A stretch of 64,000 nt of DNA, taken from contig CAXDOZ010000001.1 in NCBI GenBank assembly GCA_963991145.1, forward strand, positions 6,617 to 70,616, given 5' to 3'. The position numbers were made by a program, and so were the translations under genes. The notes below the pieces were generated by a model that made no database searches, was not told where the DNA came from, and saw only the letters and a program-made list of their open reading frames with translations. This document shows, piece by piece, positions 16,335 through 26,104 of this stretch. The number at the start of each line of letters is the position of its first letter. The first letter of the stretch is position 1. The DNA comes from an uncultured Chitinophagales bacterium. Its GTDB lineage: Bacteria > Bacteroidota > Bacteroidia > Chitinophagales > JABDMM01.

Positions 16335-17472
16335 TTCAGATGTAATAGAATTCATTAGGGAACTCTACAATGAACCAGATGGATTCATTCCTTTACATAT
16401 TCCACGATTTCGTGGGAGAGAGAAGGAGTATTTAATGAATTGCATTGATTCCACCTTTGTTTCAAGTGTGGGTGAGTATGTAAATCAATTTGAAGAAGAT
16501 ATTGCTTGCATTACAGGCGCCAGGTATGCCATTGCAGTTGTAAATGGCACAAATGCCTTACAGGTAGCCTTACGGCTGGCAGGTGTAAAAACAGAAGAAG
16601 AAGTTATAACACAGGCATTTAGCTTTGTCGCTACAGCCAATGCAATTTCCTATCTGGGAGCAAAACCAGTTTTTATTGATGTCGACAGGCAGCGAATGGG
16701 TATGTCGGCAGAAGCCCTAAGATCTTTTCTACAAGAGAGCACCGAGAGGAAAAATGGTCAGGTTTTTAATAAGAAGACAGGACGCCGAATTGCCGCTATA
16801 GTTCCTATGCACACCTTTGGCTTTGCTGCAGAGATTGACAGTTTAGTTTCTATTGCCAAGGAATGGGGTATTCCTTTAGTTGAAGATGCAGCGGAATCAC
16901 TTGGAACTACTTACAAGGGAAAACATACTGGAACTTTTGGTCTCTTTGGAACGATGAGTTTTAATGGGAATAAGATTGTTACTTGTGGTGGCGGTGGTGT
17001 AATAATTACCGATAGTGAAGAGCTTGCTAAAAAAGCCAAGCATCTTACAACTACTGCAAAGGTTCCTCACAAATGGGCATATGAGCATGATATGATGGGC
17101 TACAATTTTAGAATGCCCAATCTGAATGCAGCTTTGGCATGTGCTCAGCTTGAAATGCTTGATGAATTTTTAGCTAGCAAGAAGAAACAGGCAGATCAAT
17201 ATTCTAACTTTTTCTCTCAAACAGAGGATTACTCCTTTATCGGTGAGCAAGAGAATTCATCATCTAACTTCTGGTTGATGACGATTATTCTTTCTGATAA
17301 AACACACAGAGATAAGTTTCTCAAAGAAACCAATGAAGCAGGAGTAATGACGCGCCCAGCCTGGAATCTTCTCAACACTCTGGATATGTATAGAGACTGC
17401 CAATCTGATGATTTGCTAAATTCAAATTGGTTGTTCGAAAGGGTGGTGAATGTCCCAAGTTCTGTAGTTTAG
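16327..17472 (+). CDS. DegT/DnrJ/EryC1-family PLP aminotransferase (LegC/PglE-like sugar 4-aminotransferase)
   Basis: 381 aa with 'AIAVVNGTNALQVAL', 'VEDAAESLG' and the lysine region 'SFNGNKIVTCGGGGVIITD'. Overlaps the upstream gene by 8 nt. Confidence 0.85.
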   Translation: MSNSDVIEFIRELYNEPDGFIPLHIPRFRGREKEYLMNCIDSTFVSSVGEYVNQFEEDIACITGARYAIAVVNGTNALQVALRLAGVKTEEEVITQAFSFVATANAISYLGAKPVFIDVDRQRMGMSAEALRSFLQESTERKNGQVFNKKTGRRIAAIVPMHTFGFAAEIDSLVSIAKEWGIPLVEDAAESLGTTYKGKHTGTFGLFGTMSFNGNKIVTCGGGGVIITDSEELAKKAKHLTTTAKVPHKWAYEHDMMGYNFRMPNLNAALACAQLEMLDEFLASKKKQADQYSNFFSQTEDYSFIGEQENSSSNFWLMTIILSDKTHRDKFLKETNEAGVMTRPAWNLLNTLDMYRDCQSDDLLNSNWLFERVVNVPSSVV

Positions 17473-17475
17473 AGT

Positions 17476-18126
17476 ATGGCAAAAGATCTCTATATCATTG
17501 GTGCTGGCGGAATGGCAAAAGAAATCCTTCCTTTGGTAAATGATATAAACTACTCTGAGAACCTTTATAGATTAAAGGGATTTATTGATAAGTCTTCAGA
17601 ACTAAAGGAATTAAAAATTGGGGGTTCTAAGTTTCCTGTCTTAGAGGAGGATTTTTTTCTTGAAGAATTCAGGGGGTTTGATGTTGCATGTTGTCTAGGG
17701 ATTGGAGCAAGTCCTTATAACCCATCAATCATTAAGAGATTTGAAGATTTTGAGTTTCCTAATCTGGTCCATCCAAATGTAACTGGTGACCGAAAAAGTA
17801 TAAAGATTGGTAAAGGGAATCTGTTTTGCTCCAATTCTCAGTTTACAGTTAATTTATCAGGTGGCGATTTTAACATCTTTAATCGTGGCAGTCAGGTTGG
17901 CCATGATGTAGAAATTGGAAGTTTTAATCTATTTAATCCTGGCTCTATAGTTTCTGGATCGGTTTCAATTGGTGATTCAAATTTGATTGGGGCTGGATCG
18001 GTTATTCTCCAAAACTTAAAGATTAAGTCTAATTCTATTCTTGGAGCAGGAGCTGTTTTGACCAAAGATCTGGAATCAAATGTAATGGCTATGGGAGTTC
18101 CTGCAAAAGTTGTCAATAATCCTTGA
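17476..18126 (+). CDS. NeuD/PglD-family sugar N-acetyltransferase (left-handed beta-helix)
   Basis: 216 aa. The N-terminal 'LYIIGAGGMAKEILPLV' is followed by hexapeptide repeats ('IGSFNLFNPGSIVSGSVSIGDSNLIGAGSVIL'). Confidence 0.8.
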   Translation: MAKDLYIIGAGGMAKEILPLVNDINYSENLYRLKGFIDKSSELKELKIGGSKFPVLEEDFFLEEFRGFDVACCLGIGASPYNPSIIKRFEDFEFPNLVHPNVTGDRKSIKIGKGNLFCSNSQFTVNLSGGDFNIFNRGSQVGHDVEIGSFNLFNPGSIVSGSVSIGDSNLIGAGSVILQNLKIKSNSILGAGAVLTKDLESNVMAMGVPAKVVNNP

Positions 18127-18136
18127 AAAGATAAAA

Positions 18137-18805
18137 ATGAAAAATGTAGTTGTTGTGGCTGTCCATCCCGATGATGAGACTCTAGCTTGTGGAGGAACCT
18201 TATTGCGCCACAAGAATGAGGGAGATAAAGTCCATTGGATTATTGTAACAAATATTTCTGAAGATCAGGGCTTCTCTAAAGAGAAAGTAAAGTCAAGACA
18301 GGAGGAAATAAATCGAGTGGCAAGAGAATTTAATTTTGATTCAGTAGTGAAGTTTGATTTCCCAACAACTCAACTTGAAGAGTTTTCAAAGGGAAAGTTG
18401 ATTGCCTCTCTTTCAAAAGCCTTTCAGGATATTAAACCCAATGTAGTTTACCTTCCTTTCCCAGGGGACGCTCATAGCGAACACAAGTTTACATTTGAAT
18501 GTGCATTTGCATGTACGAAAACTTTTAGGTACCCATTTGTTGAGGAAGTGTATGCAATGGAAACTATAAGTGAAACGGAGTTTGGGCCCTCTTTTCAGAA
18601 CCAAGTATTTAACCCAAATTATTTTGTAGACGTAACAGAATATTTGCAAAGGAAGGTTGAGATCTTCTCAATTTTTGAATCTGAAATTGGAGAACATCCG
18701 TTCCCTCGTAGTAAAAGGAATCTTAAGGCTCAAGCCACTTTCAGAGGTGCTCAATCAGGTTTCGAATATGCTGAATCATTTATGTTGCTGAAACAAAGGA
18801 GATAA
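18137..18805 (+). CDS. PIG-L/LmbE-family N-acetyl-sugar deacetylase
   Basis: Signature 'VVVVAVHPDDETLACGGTLL' plus a later 'GDAHSEH'. The ORF track starts at TTG 18110. ATG 18137 places the HPDDE motif at the usual N-terminal position. Confidence 0.8.
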   Translation: MKNVVVVAVHPDDETLACGGTLLRHKNEGDKVHWIIVTNISEDQGFSKEKVKSRQEEINRVAREFNFDSVVKFDFPTTQLEEFSKGKLIASLSKAFQDIKPNVVYLPFPGDAHSEHKFTFECAFACTKTFRYPFVEEVYAMETISETEFGPSFQNQVFNPNYFVDVTEYLQRKVEIFSIFESEIGEHPFPRSKRNLKAQATFRGAQSGFEYAESFMLLKQRR

Positions 18806-19692
18806 TGAAAGCTATTTTTATCGGCACTGTAGAATTTAGCTTAAGAGCTCTTGAGGAGCTAATTAAGAGTGATTTAGATTTAGTGGGGGTGATCACAGCT
18901 GAAACAAGTTCCATCAATTCAGATTTTGTGGATTTAGAGCCAATTTGTCAGAAACATTGTATCCCAGTTAGAAAGACAAATAATGTTAATTCTCAGGAAT
19001 CTCTGGATTGGATTTCTTTAAAGAAGCCTGATGTTATTTTTTGTTTTGGATGGTCCAGATTATTAAAGAAACAATTGCTTGATATTCCCTTGCATGGGGT
19101 GATTGGCTTCCATCCTGCTGCCTTACCAAAGAATAGAGGTAGACATCCAATTATCTGGGCTCTTTTCCTTGGATTACAAGAAACTGGCACTACATTTTTT
19201 AGGATGGATGAATTTGCTGACAGTGGGGATATCTTATCCCAAAGTATTATTGAAATTGATCCAGCAGATGATGCAGGTTCTCTTTATGCCAAGATTGTAG
19301 ATACTGCATTGATACAGATAAGGTCATTTGTTCCAGATTTGATTTCAGGAAATGCTTCTTTCCAAAATCAAAGTGACAAGGGGTCCAATAATTGGAGAAA
19401 AAGAGCTATTCCAGATGGAAGAATAGATTTCCGTATGAGTATTACGGCAATCTACAATCAGGTGAGAGCATTGACTAAGCCTTACGTTGGTGCTCATATT
19501 GAATTCAAAGGCAAGGCCTATCAGGTTTGGAAAGTCAGAATCGAACGATCAGTAGAAGATAATATTGAACCTGGGAAAATCTTAAAAGTCAATGAGTCAG
19601 AGATTTTAGTAAAGGCCTATGATGGCGGAGTTTGGCTAATAGACTATGATGTTTCATTTTTACCTAAAGAAGGTGAATATATATTGCCATGA
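18805..19692 (+). CDS. Fmt-like (N10-formyl-THF dependent) sugar N-formyltransferase
   Basis: 295 aa with 'MKAIFIGTVEFS', the catalytic region 'GVIGFHPAALPKNRGRHPIIWAL' and a C-terminal Fmt_C-like beta domain. The start overlaps the upstream stop (TAATG). Confidence 0.75.
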   Translation: MKAIFIGTVEFSLRALEELIKSDLDLVGVITAETSSINSDFVDLEPICQKHCIPVRKTNNVNSQESLDWISLKKPDVIFCFGWSRLLKKQLLDIPLHGVIGFHPAALPKNRGRHPIIWALFLGLQETGTTFFRMDEFADSGDILSQSIIEIDPADDAGSLYAKIVDTALIQIRSFVPDLISGNASFQNQSDKGSNNWRKRAIPDGRIDFRMSITAIYNQVRALTKPYVGAHIEFKGKAYQVWKVRIERSVEDNIEPGKILKVNESEILVKAYDGGVWLIDYDVSFLPKEGEYILP

Positions 19693-20774
19693 TAGATAAC
19701 ACAGCACGCGTTAGATCTATAAGTATTGATTGCAGAGAAAGTCTCCTTTCAGCTATAAAGCAAATGGATAAGGAGTCATGCAAACTTCTCTTAGTGAAGA
19801 AAAATGGAGAATTCTTTTCCCTTATCAGTATTGGCGATATTCAAAGAGCCATATTGAATGAAGTCGACCTTGGGGATTCTATCGAGAATAATATCAGACC
19901 AAAAATACATGTTTGCTCAAGCTCCGATTCCGAGATCGAGATTAGAGAATCAATGAAAAAGTTCCGATCTGAGTTTATGCCAATCCTAAATTCTGGAGGG
20001 AAATTGACTCAGGTAGTCTTTTGGGATGAAGTATTTGAACAAAGTTTTAATCGTCATTCAAATACTGAATTTGACCTACCAGTAGTGATTATGGCAGGGG
20101 GAAAAGGAACTAGACTACAACCCATCACCAATATTATTCCTAAGCCGTTAGTTCCCTTGGGTGAAAAGCCGATTATGCAGGTCATAATTGATGATTTCGT
20201 AAATCTTGGGGTTTCTAAGTTCTACGCTTCCGTCAACTACAAATCAGAAATGATTGAGCAATTTTTCGACTCTATTCCGGAACGAAATTATAGTATCGAA
20301 TACTTTAAGGAAGATCAACCTTTAGGAACAGCAGGAAGTTTATCCTTGTTAAAGGATAAAATTTCCACCACCTTCTTTGTGAGTAATTGTGATATTCTTA
20401 TTGACCAGGATTATTCTGAGGTTCTCAAATTTCATAGAGAAAAAAAGAATGAGTTAACAGCTATGGCAGCCTTGAGGCATTATAAAATTCCATATGGCAC
20501 AATGGATATTGGAGAAGGAGGTCAACTGTTAAGACTAAGTGAAAAGCCTGAGCTTACCTTCACAGTAAACGCAGGTGTTTATATTCTAGAACCTCATCTC
20601 ATAGACGAGATTCCTGCGGGGGAATTTTTTCACATAACACACCTAATGGAACAAATTATGGCAAGAGATGGCCGTGTAGGAGTTTTTCCTGTAAGTGAAA
20701 AGAGTTGGATGGATATAGGTGAATGGAAAGAGTATGACAGAACCCAGGAACTTTTTAAACGTTGGGATCGATGA
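19689..20774 (+). CDS. CBS-domain sugar-phosphate nucleotidyltransferase (PtmE-like)
   Basis: 361 aa. An N-terminal CBS pair region (~aa 1-115) is followed by the NTP-transferase signature 'VVIMAGGKGTRLQPITNIIPKPLVPLGEKPIM'. ATGA overlap with the upstream gene. Confidence 0.8.
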   Translation: MIDNTARVRSISIDCRESLLSAIKQMDKESCKLLLVKKNGEFFSLISIGDIQRAILNEVDLGDSIENNIRPKIHVCSSSDSEIEIRESMKKFRSEFMPILNSGGKLTQVVFWDEVFEQSFNRHSNTEFDLPVVIMAGGKGTRLQPITNIIPKPLVPLGEKPIMQVIIDDFVNLGVSKFYASVNYKSEMIEQFFDSIPERNYSIEYFKEDQPLGTAGSLSLLKDKISTTFFVSNCDILIDQDYSEVLKFHREKKNELTAMAALRHYKIPYGTMDIGEGGQLLRLSEKPELTFTVNAGVYILEPHLIDEIPAGEFFHITHLMEQIMARDGRVGVFPVSEKSWMDIGEWKEYDRTQELFKRWDR

Positions 20775-22006
20775 AAGTGCTTTTCCTTGGTAGTAATCGC
20801 TTTGAAACAGTTAGAATTATTGCTGAGCACATCAAATCAAAGTATCCAGATTGGCAAATTGATGCTGTTGATCTAGTCCTTTTGCGTGAGGGAATGGATA
20901 TAGAACCTTTTAATAATAATTTGATCTCTACTGAATGGACAAAAGGTGAAAGGAGCACATTATTTCATTTTAGATTCCTTCTTAGAAAAGGGAAATTCTT
21001 TGGGGCTATAAAGAATGCTATAATAGACAGGAAACATGGTTTCTTTAATTCAATAAAGCACCTGTCAGAGTCCATTATGTTTGAGGAGAAAGCAGGTCAG
21101 TTGTTTTCGACTTATGACTTTTTTCATTTTCATTTCATAAGCCGAAAGGCTAGTAATTGGTTGAATTTCATTCCTTTAGAAAGTAAAGTAATTGCTTCCT
21201 TTTGGGGGTCAGATGCTTACAGAGTTCCAGATGAACCTACAATTTTTGCCCAAAGAGAGATCTTGAACCGGTCTAATATTGCCACTTGCCATTTTAACCA
21301 GATGCTTGAGGAAATCTTGATGAATTTAGGTGAAGAGTACAGGCCTAAATTCAAAACCATGCTTTTTGGTATGAAAGATTGGATGCGGGATAAAATTCTC
21401 CATTTTGATCAAATGAAGGGAAGGGATGCCTTTTTCCAACGATACTCTATCCCGTCAGGAAAAATTGCTATTCAGATTGCATATAGCAAAGCGAGAATAA
21501 TGCAACACCTTAAAGTGTTAAAAGGACTCGCTCCTTTGTCAGATGATGCTAAGGAACGATTTCACCTTGTCATTCCACTTACTTATGGCGAAGTTCATGA
21601 TTGGAATGAGTATAGATCAGAGATTGAGAAGGAAGCAGAGAAATCTGGTATATCCTTCACTTGCCTCTTTGATTATATGACTGATGATGAGGTTCTTGAA
21701 ATGGAAAGTGCTTGCGAAATCTTTATCAATTCGAGAACAACTGATGCCCTGAATGGAACAATGATGGAGCATTTTACTTTGTCTCATTTAGTTATTTCTG
21801 GGGGCTGGCTAAAGTATCAGATTTTAAAAGACTATGGCCTTTATATGCCAACATTTGATGAGTTTCAGGAACTGCCTGCTATCTTGGAATCATATCTAAT
21901 TAAACGGGAAGAATTAAGTGCAAAGTTTGAGTCTAACTCAAGAATTATTTCCGAAAGTTTTGTTTCATCAGCCTGGAGAGATCATTGGTTAAGTTTGTAT
22001 GACTAA
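20771..22006 (+). CDS. Putative glycosyltransferase, weakly WecF/GT56-like (tentative)
   Basis: About 411 aa. 'FHFHFISRKASNWLNFIPLESKVIASFWGSDAYR' resembles E. coli WecF 'FFHGQFNPTLWLALLSG..FWHIWGADLYE' as I recall it. A later 'HLVIPLTYGE..' region resembles WecF 'KVVVPMGYPP'. ATG 20771 (ATGA overlap) is preferred over the track's TTG 20762. Confidence 0.4.
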   Translation: MKVLFLGSNRFETVRIIAEHIKSKYPDWQIDAVDLVLLREGMDIEPFNNNLISTEWTKGERSTLFHFRFLLRKGKFFGAIKNAIIDRKHGFFNSIKHLSESIMFEEKAGQLFSTYDFFHFHFISRKASNWLNFIPLESKVIASFWGSDAYRVPDEPTIFAQREILNRSNIATCHFNQMLEEILMNLGEEYRPKFKTMLFGMKDWMRDKILHFDQMKGRDAFFQRYSIPSGKIAIQIAYSKARIMQHLKVLKGLAPLSDDAKERFHLVIPLTYGEVHDWNEYRSEIEKEAEKSGISFTCLFDYMTDDEVLEMESACEIFINSRTTDALNGTMMEHFTLSHLVISGGWLKYQILKDYGLYMPTFDEFQELPAILESYLIKREELSAKFESNSRIISESFVSSAWRDHWLSLYD

Positions 22007-23012
22007 GACCATGGAAGTATCTGTAGTAATCCCAGTATATAATGCCGGTAGGTATATTGAAGAGGCTGTTAGGTCTGCCCTCGATCAGAAAGAAACTATG
22101 GAGGTGATCCTGGTTGAAGACGGAAGTCCGGATGGCTCTCTTAAAGTTTGCAAAGAACTTGAAAAACTCGATTCCAGAGTTAAGCTCTTTACTCATCCCA
22201 ATAATGAGAATCGGGGGCCGGGCGAAACGCGGAATCTGGCATTATCTAAAGCATCACAGGAATGGATCGCATTTCTTGATGCCGATGATTTCTTTGATAA
22301 GAACCGATTCAGAGCAGAATTAGACTTGCTTAAAGAAGGGAATCTTTTAGATGGCTGCTATGGTGCCACTGGTTCTATTTTTGAAGAAAACATGTCTGAA
22401 GAAGAATTGAGTAAGTCAGGCATTTTAAAAGTGACCACATTTAAAAAGAAGATTCCGCCAGAAAGGTTGATCTATTCTATGCTTAGGGCAGATAAAGAGT
22501 ATTCAGGATTAGGCTACTTTTCAATTATTTCCCTCTTAGTAAATAGAAGAGTTGTAGATGATGGCATGATCTCATTCCCTGTTGATATGTATTATCACCA
22601 GGATACTTTCTTCAAATTGGCTGTAGCTGCCCTCTATAAATTGAATGCGGGGGATATTGAAAAACCAGTGGTTTATAGAAGAGTGCATCCGGAGAATAGA
22701 ATTACCAAAGTCAAGAATATTTCAAGAACAAAGGCCATTATGTTTGCCGAATTTGAAAAATGGTGCAAAGCTACTCCTACAGTCCCTCTAGATATATCTG
22801 AACTCGCCTGCGATCAGAAAGTCAATCATCAGTTAAGAGATCCAGACCAAAAAGGGAAGCTTGGAATTTTCCTCCGAAGGACGTTTAAATCAAAATCTTT
22901 TGTGTCCAACACTAACTTTTTTAATTCTGGAATTAGGAGTGCACTTGGGAATAATTTCCTTTCAAACTCTGTCATCAAGATAAAAGAGAAGATTCAATTT
23001 AGTGCTGTCTAG
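21999..23012 (+). CDS. GT2-family glycosyltransferase
   Basis: 337 aa with 'VSVVIPVYNAGRYIEEAVRSALDQ', 'VILVEDGSPDGS' and the DxD motif 'FLDADDFF'. Confidence 0.9.
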   Translation: MTKTMEVSVVIPVYNAGRYIEEAVRSALDQKETMEVILVEDGSPDGSLKVCKELEKLDSRVKLFTHPNNENRGPGETRNLALSKASQEWIAFLDADDFFDKNRFRAELDLLKEGNLLDGCYGATGSIFEENMSEEELSKSGILKVTTFKKKIPPERLIYSMLRADKEYSGLGYFSIISLLVNRRVVDDGMISFPVDMYYHQDTFFKLAVAALYKLNAGDIEKPVVYRRVHPENRITKVKNISRTKAIMFAEFEKWCKATPTVPLDISELACDQKVNHQLRDPDQKGKLGIFLRRTFKSKSFVSNTNFFNSGIRSALGNNFLSNSVIKIKEKIQFSAV

Positions 23013-23014
23013 AG

Positions 23015-23989
23015 ATGAAGTCATTAATCTGCATAAATACCTGTAATCGTCTGGATCTTTTAAGGTTCTACTCAGAGAGTTATTACAGGTTTTGTCTTTC
23101 GAATCCTGAGTTTGATTTCATTGTTTCCTTAGATGGAAACGAGCAGGATTATCTCAATTTTTTTGAGGAGCGGAAGATCCCTTATATCTCATCTGAAGAA
23201 AGAGCAGGAATTGGTATAGCTAAGAATAGAGTTCTTGACAAACTGCCAGATTATGATTTCTACTTTTTCATTGAGGACGATACTGAGATCAAAGATCTGA
23301 GCTATTTTGATGAGCAGATCAGAATTTCCCAAAAGACTGCAATTCCTCATTTCTCAGCCTTCGAGAAGAGCAGAATCCTGGATAAAAAGTCAGAGTTTGA
23401 ATTAGGAGAACAGAAAATAATCCAATCAATGCAAGGCTCCGCTCAAGTTAATTTTTTCTCTGGTGAAGGACTTCGAAAAGTAGGTGGCTGGCATACTGAA
23501 TTTGCCAAATACAAAAGATTTGGTCACACTGAGCATAGCTATCGTTTTGTAAATGCAGGATTGATGGATTACCCATTCAATGTTGTCGAATCTTTCATCA
23601 CCGATTGCTTCGATTTTCACGATCCACCTACTGTTACACGATCTACGAAGTTCGAGTTAAACCCAAAAACCAATTTAGCACTGGTAGAGGAGGCGATCAT
23701 CGATCAGAAGCTATCCTCCTTTCCAATAGAAGTTCCTGGATCATACAGTTTTGGAAACCTTGATTCCTGGCGTGATCAGCCACAGCCCGAGCCATTTTTA
23801 ACAGTACAGGAGAGAAAAGCATTTCTTTCTGAACGATATTTTGAAGAGGGTAGTAACAAGCTTTTCAGGAGGGACAAGGATGGACTTGGAATGCTATGGA
23901 AGTCAATTGTCTATAGCCCTTCCGGGCCAGATACAGGTAAGAAGATCAAAACATTGATGCGTCACCTGCCTCTTTTGTTCAATCGTTAA
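23015..23989 (+). CDS. GT-A-fold glycosyltransferase-like protein
   Basis: 324 aa with 'LICINTCNRLDLL', 'FIVSLDGNEQDY', 'GIGIAKNRVL' and a DxD-like 'FFIEDDTEI'. The family assignment is approximate. Confidence 0.5.
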   Translation: MKSLICINTCNRLDLLRFYSESYYRFCLSNPEFDFIVSLDGNEQDYLNFFEERKIPYISSEERAGIGIAKNRVLDKLPDYDFYFFIEDDTEIKDLSYFDEQIRISQKTAIPHFSAFEKSRILDKKSEFELGEQKIIQSMQGSAQVNFFSGEGLRKVGGWHTEFAKYKRFGHTEHSYRFVNAGLMDYPFNVVESFITDCFDFHDPPTVTRSTKFELNPKTNLALVEEAIIDQKLSSFPIEVPGSYSFGNLDSWRDQPQPEPFLTVQERKAFLSERYFEEGSNKLFRRDKDGLGMLWKSIVYSPSGPDTGKKIKTLMRHLPLLFNR

Positions 23990-24036
23990 TTTTTCGTCAA
24001 TTTAAATCATTGTGAGCCTAGCCGGAACCAATTATA

Positions 24037-24044
24037 TAAATTTG
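24037..24044 (+). promoter_or_regulatory. Candidate internal -7 box (TAAATTTG) in the 77-nt gap upstream of the GT2/7C-like gene
   Basis: An exact TAnnTTTG match lies 23 nt upstream of ATG 24067. The nearest upstream TTG (24010-24012) gives a 24-nt spacer, which is longer than typical. Confidence 0.3.
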
Positions 24045-24066
24045 GCTCCCGTTAAACGACTGAAGT

Positions 24067-25200
24067 ATGAATGCAGATCTAAGTCTCGTATTTTCTTATC
24101 GAGACAGAGAGGTAGATAGGGTAAAAAGATGTCTTGATTCCCTTTCTACTCAAACCGATGCCAATTTCAAGGTGATCTTCGTGGATTACGGTTCCAATGA
24201 TCAGTTCAGAAAGGAGATTGAGAGCCTGGTAAATTCGTATGATTTCTGCGAGTACATTTATTCTCATACTTATCAGCAGTTTTGGAATCGGTCCAAAGCC
24301 TTGAACATAGGTATTCAGCTAGTAGACACTCCTTATTACGCTACTACAGATATCGACCTGATCTTTGAGCCAAACTTTATCGAGGTAATGAGGTCAGAGA
24401 TGGGCCCGGATAAATTTGTGCATGGTCATGCTTTGTTTCTTGAAGAGGGGTTTTCAGATTATAAGAATCTCGACAAGCTTAATAAGAGTAATCTAGATCA
24501 ATCTAAGGCTGGAGTTCAGTACGGCCTTTTCCAGCTTGTTCCTACAAAGGTAATCAGGCAGCTTGACGGCTTTGATGAGTTCTTTAGAATATGGGGATTA
24601 GAAGATGTCGATCTAAATAAGAGATTACTCGCTCTTGGATTAAAGGAAAATTGGATCGATCCTTTGAAAACTCATGCCTGGCATCAATGGCACCCTCATA
24701 TTGGAGATCCACTTTTTACAAGAGATTGGTATCGTTTTATGGAGGATTATTTCTTTAGACAAACAAGCTCGAAAAGAAATAATGGAAACTGGGGTCAAAC
24801 TAAAGGTGAACAAGAAAGAAAAGTACTGAATCTGAAGTCTGATGAAGCTACTGTTCAAATTGAAAGAGACTTCCCCAGTAAAACCTCTGCCTTATATGAG
24901 TATCACATCCTTGAGCAGGTCTTTGATGAATTATCAGCTGGAGAGGTATTATCTGTGAAGTTCAATGACAAAGCCAGTGATATTAGTTTTTTTGAAAAAC
25001 TAAGAAACTCCTTGGTTCACAGAATAGGAGTCGACCTGAAAGTTGATATTGACAAGTACTATCAAAAACGAACTGACTTTATTGATGCATGCCGGGGATT
25101 GGTTTGGTTAATCGCTAAGAAGGAAAATCAGGGTACAATTGCCGACTATTGCTTTTATCGTGAAGGCAGATCATTTTACGTAAAACTTGAACGTAGATGA
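24067..25200 (+). CDS. GT2-like glycosyltransferase with a galactosyltransferase-type (Glyco_transf_7C-like) C-terminal motif
   Basis: 377 aa with 'LSLVFSYRDREVDRVKRCLDSLSTQ', 'KVIFVDYGSND', 'TTDIDLIF' and 'FFRIWGLEDVDLNKRL', which is a beta-1,4-GalT/chondroitin-GalNAcT-like WGxEDxD motif. Confidence 0.65.
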   Translation: MNADLSLVFSYRDREVDRVKRCLDSLSTQTDANFKVIFVDYGSNDQFRKEIESLVNSYDFCEYIYSHTYQQFWNRSKALNIGIQLVDTPYYATTDIDLIFEPNFIEVMRSEMGPDKFVHGHALFLEEGFSDYKNLDKLNKSNLDQSKAGVQYGLFQLVPTKVIRQLDGFDEFFRIWGLEDVDLNKRLLALGLKENWIDPLKTHAWHQWHPHIGDPLFTRDWYRFMEDYFFRQTSSKRNNGNWGQTKGEQERKVLNLKSDEATVQIERDFPSKTSALYEYHILEQVFDELSAGEVLSVKFNDKASDISFFEKLRNSLVHRIGVDLKVDIDKYYQKRTDFIDACRGLVWLIAKKENQGTIADYCFYREGRSFYVKLERR

Positions 25201-26099
25201 TTTTCGGACTCTCAAATGTTTCCTATTGCGATGATAGCGCCGTTAAGTTTGAAGAGTTATGCGAACTCGAGTACTTAGAGGGGATTTTTTCAAATTTGAG
25301 ATCAGACCTTGGGAGTACATTTGAAGGCTATGATTTTCAAATTTATTCCGCAAATAATACAAAAGGACCAACTCAAAAGACAAGTTCAAAGAAGACTGTA
25401 TTGATCTACATTTCAGATGAGACAATGCGAATCCCTGAACACCTGTCGGATAAGTACCATGCCATCTTTAAGTGTTACATCCCTGTTGATAGAATAGGAA
25501 ATATATTCTCACTTCCACTAGGATATGTGAATGGTAGAAAACAAAGTGATAGAGTTGAAATACTAAATAGAGATAACAATGTTTTCTTCTCTGGAAACCT
25601 CAATGAGAACAGATTCCCATTGTATCAGCATTTTAATTTATTCCGCTATTTACCTACCTGGGTTTTTACCAGATTATATTATAGGATCAAATCAAAATTA
25701 AAGTTTAATTACTCCGACTACTTCCCCAACTCCTATATAAACTTCACACACAAGTTTAACTCTGGTTTAAGTCCAGAGGAGTATACCAGGTACCTCTATA
25801 ACAGTAAGATCATTTTATGTCCCAAAGGATTTACTAGTGCGGAGACCTTTAGACATTATGAAGCAATGCAATCCGGCGGCATTGTCATTTCCCAGAGACT
25901 ACCAGATGTATTCTATTACAAGAACAGTCCAATAATTCAAATCGACTCCTGGGCGCAACTAGACGAGAAGGTAGGTGAATTGATTGGTGATGATGACAGG
26001 ATGAAAAAGATTCAACAGCAGACTTATAAGTGGTGGGATGAGGTTTGCTCAGAAAAAGCTGTTTCGAAGTATATTGCACAATCGCTTTCCCAATTGTAA
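25197..26099 (+). CDS. Exostosin-like (GT47-like) glycosyltransferase
   Basis: 300 aa with 'NVFFSGNLNENRFPLYQHF' and the exostosin C-terminal pattern 'SKIILCPKGFTSAETFRHYEAMQSGGIVIS'. ATGA overlap with the upstream gene. Confidence 0.6.
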   Translation: MIFGLSNVSYCDDSAVKFEELCELEYLEGIFSNLRSDLGSTFEGYDFQIYSANNTKGPTQKTSSKKTVLIYISDETMRIPEHLSDKYHAIFKCYIPVDRIGNIFSLPLGYVNGRKQSDRVEILNRDNNVFFSGNLNENRFPLYQHFNLFRYLPTWVFTRLYYRIKSKLKFNYSDYFPNSYINFTHKFNSGLSPEEYTRYLYNSKIILCPKGFTSAETFRHYEAMQSGGIVISQRLPDVFYYKNSPIIQIDSWAQLDEKVGELIGDDDRMKKIQQQTYKWWDEVCSEKAVSKYIAQSLSQL

Positions 26100-26104
26100 C
26101 ACCT

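Noticed and set aside
15351-20774. Calling this cassette a complete legionaminic/pseudaminic (nonulosonic) acid pathway.
   Set aside because: No NeuB/LegI-type synthase, NeuA/LegF CMP-transferase or hydrolysing NeuC/LegG is present in the window. The only 2-epimerase (39346-40440) sits with the Wbp genes.
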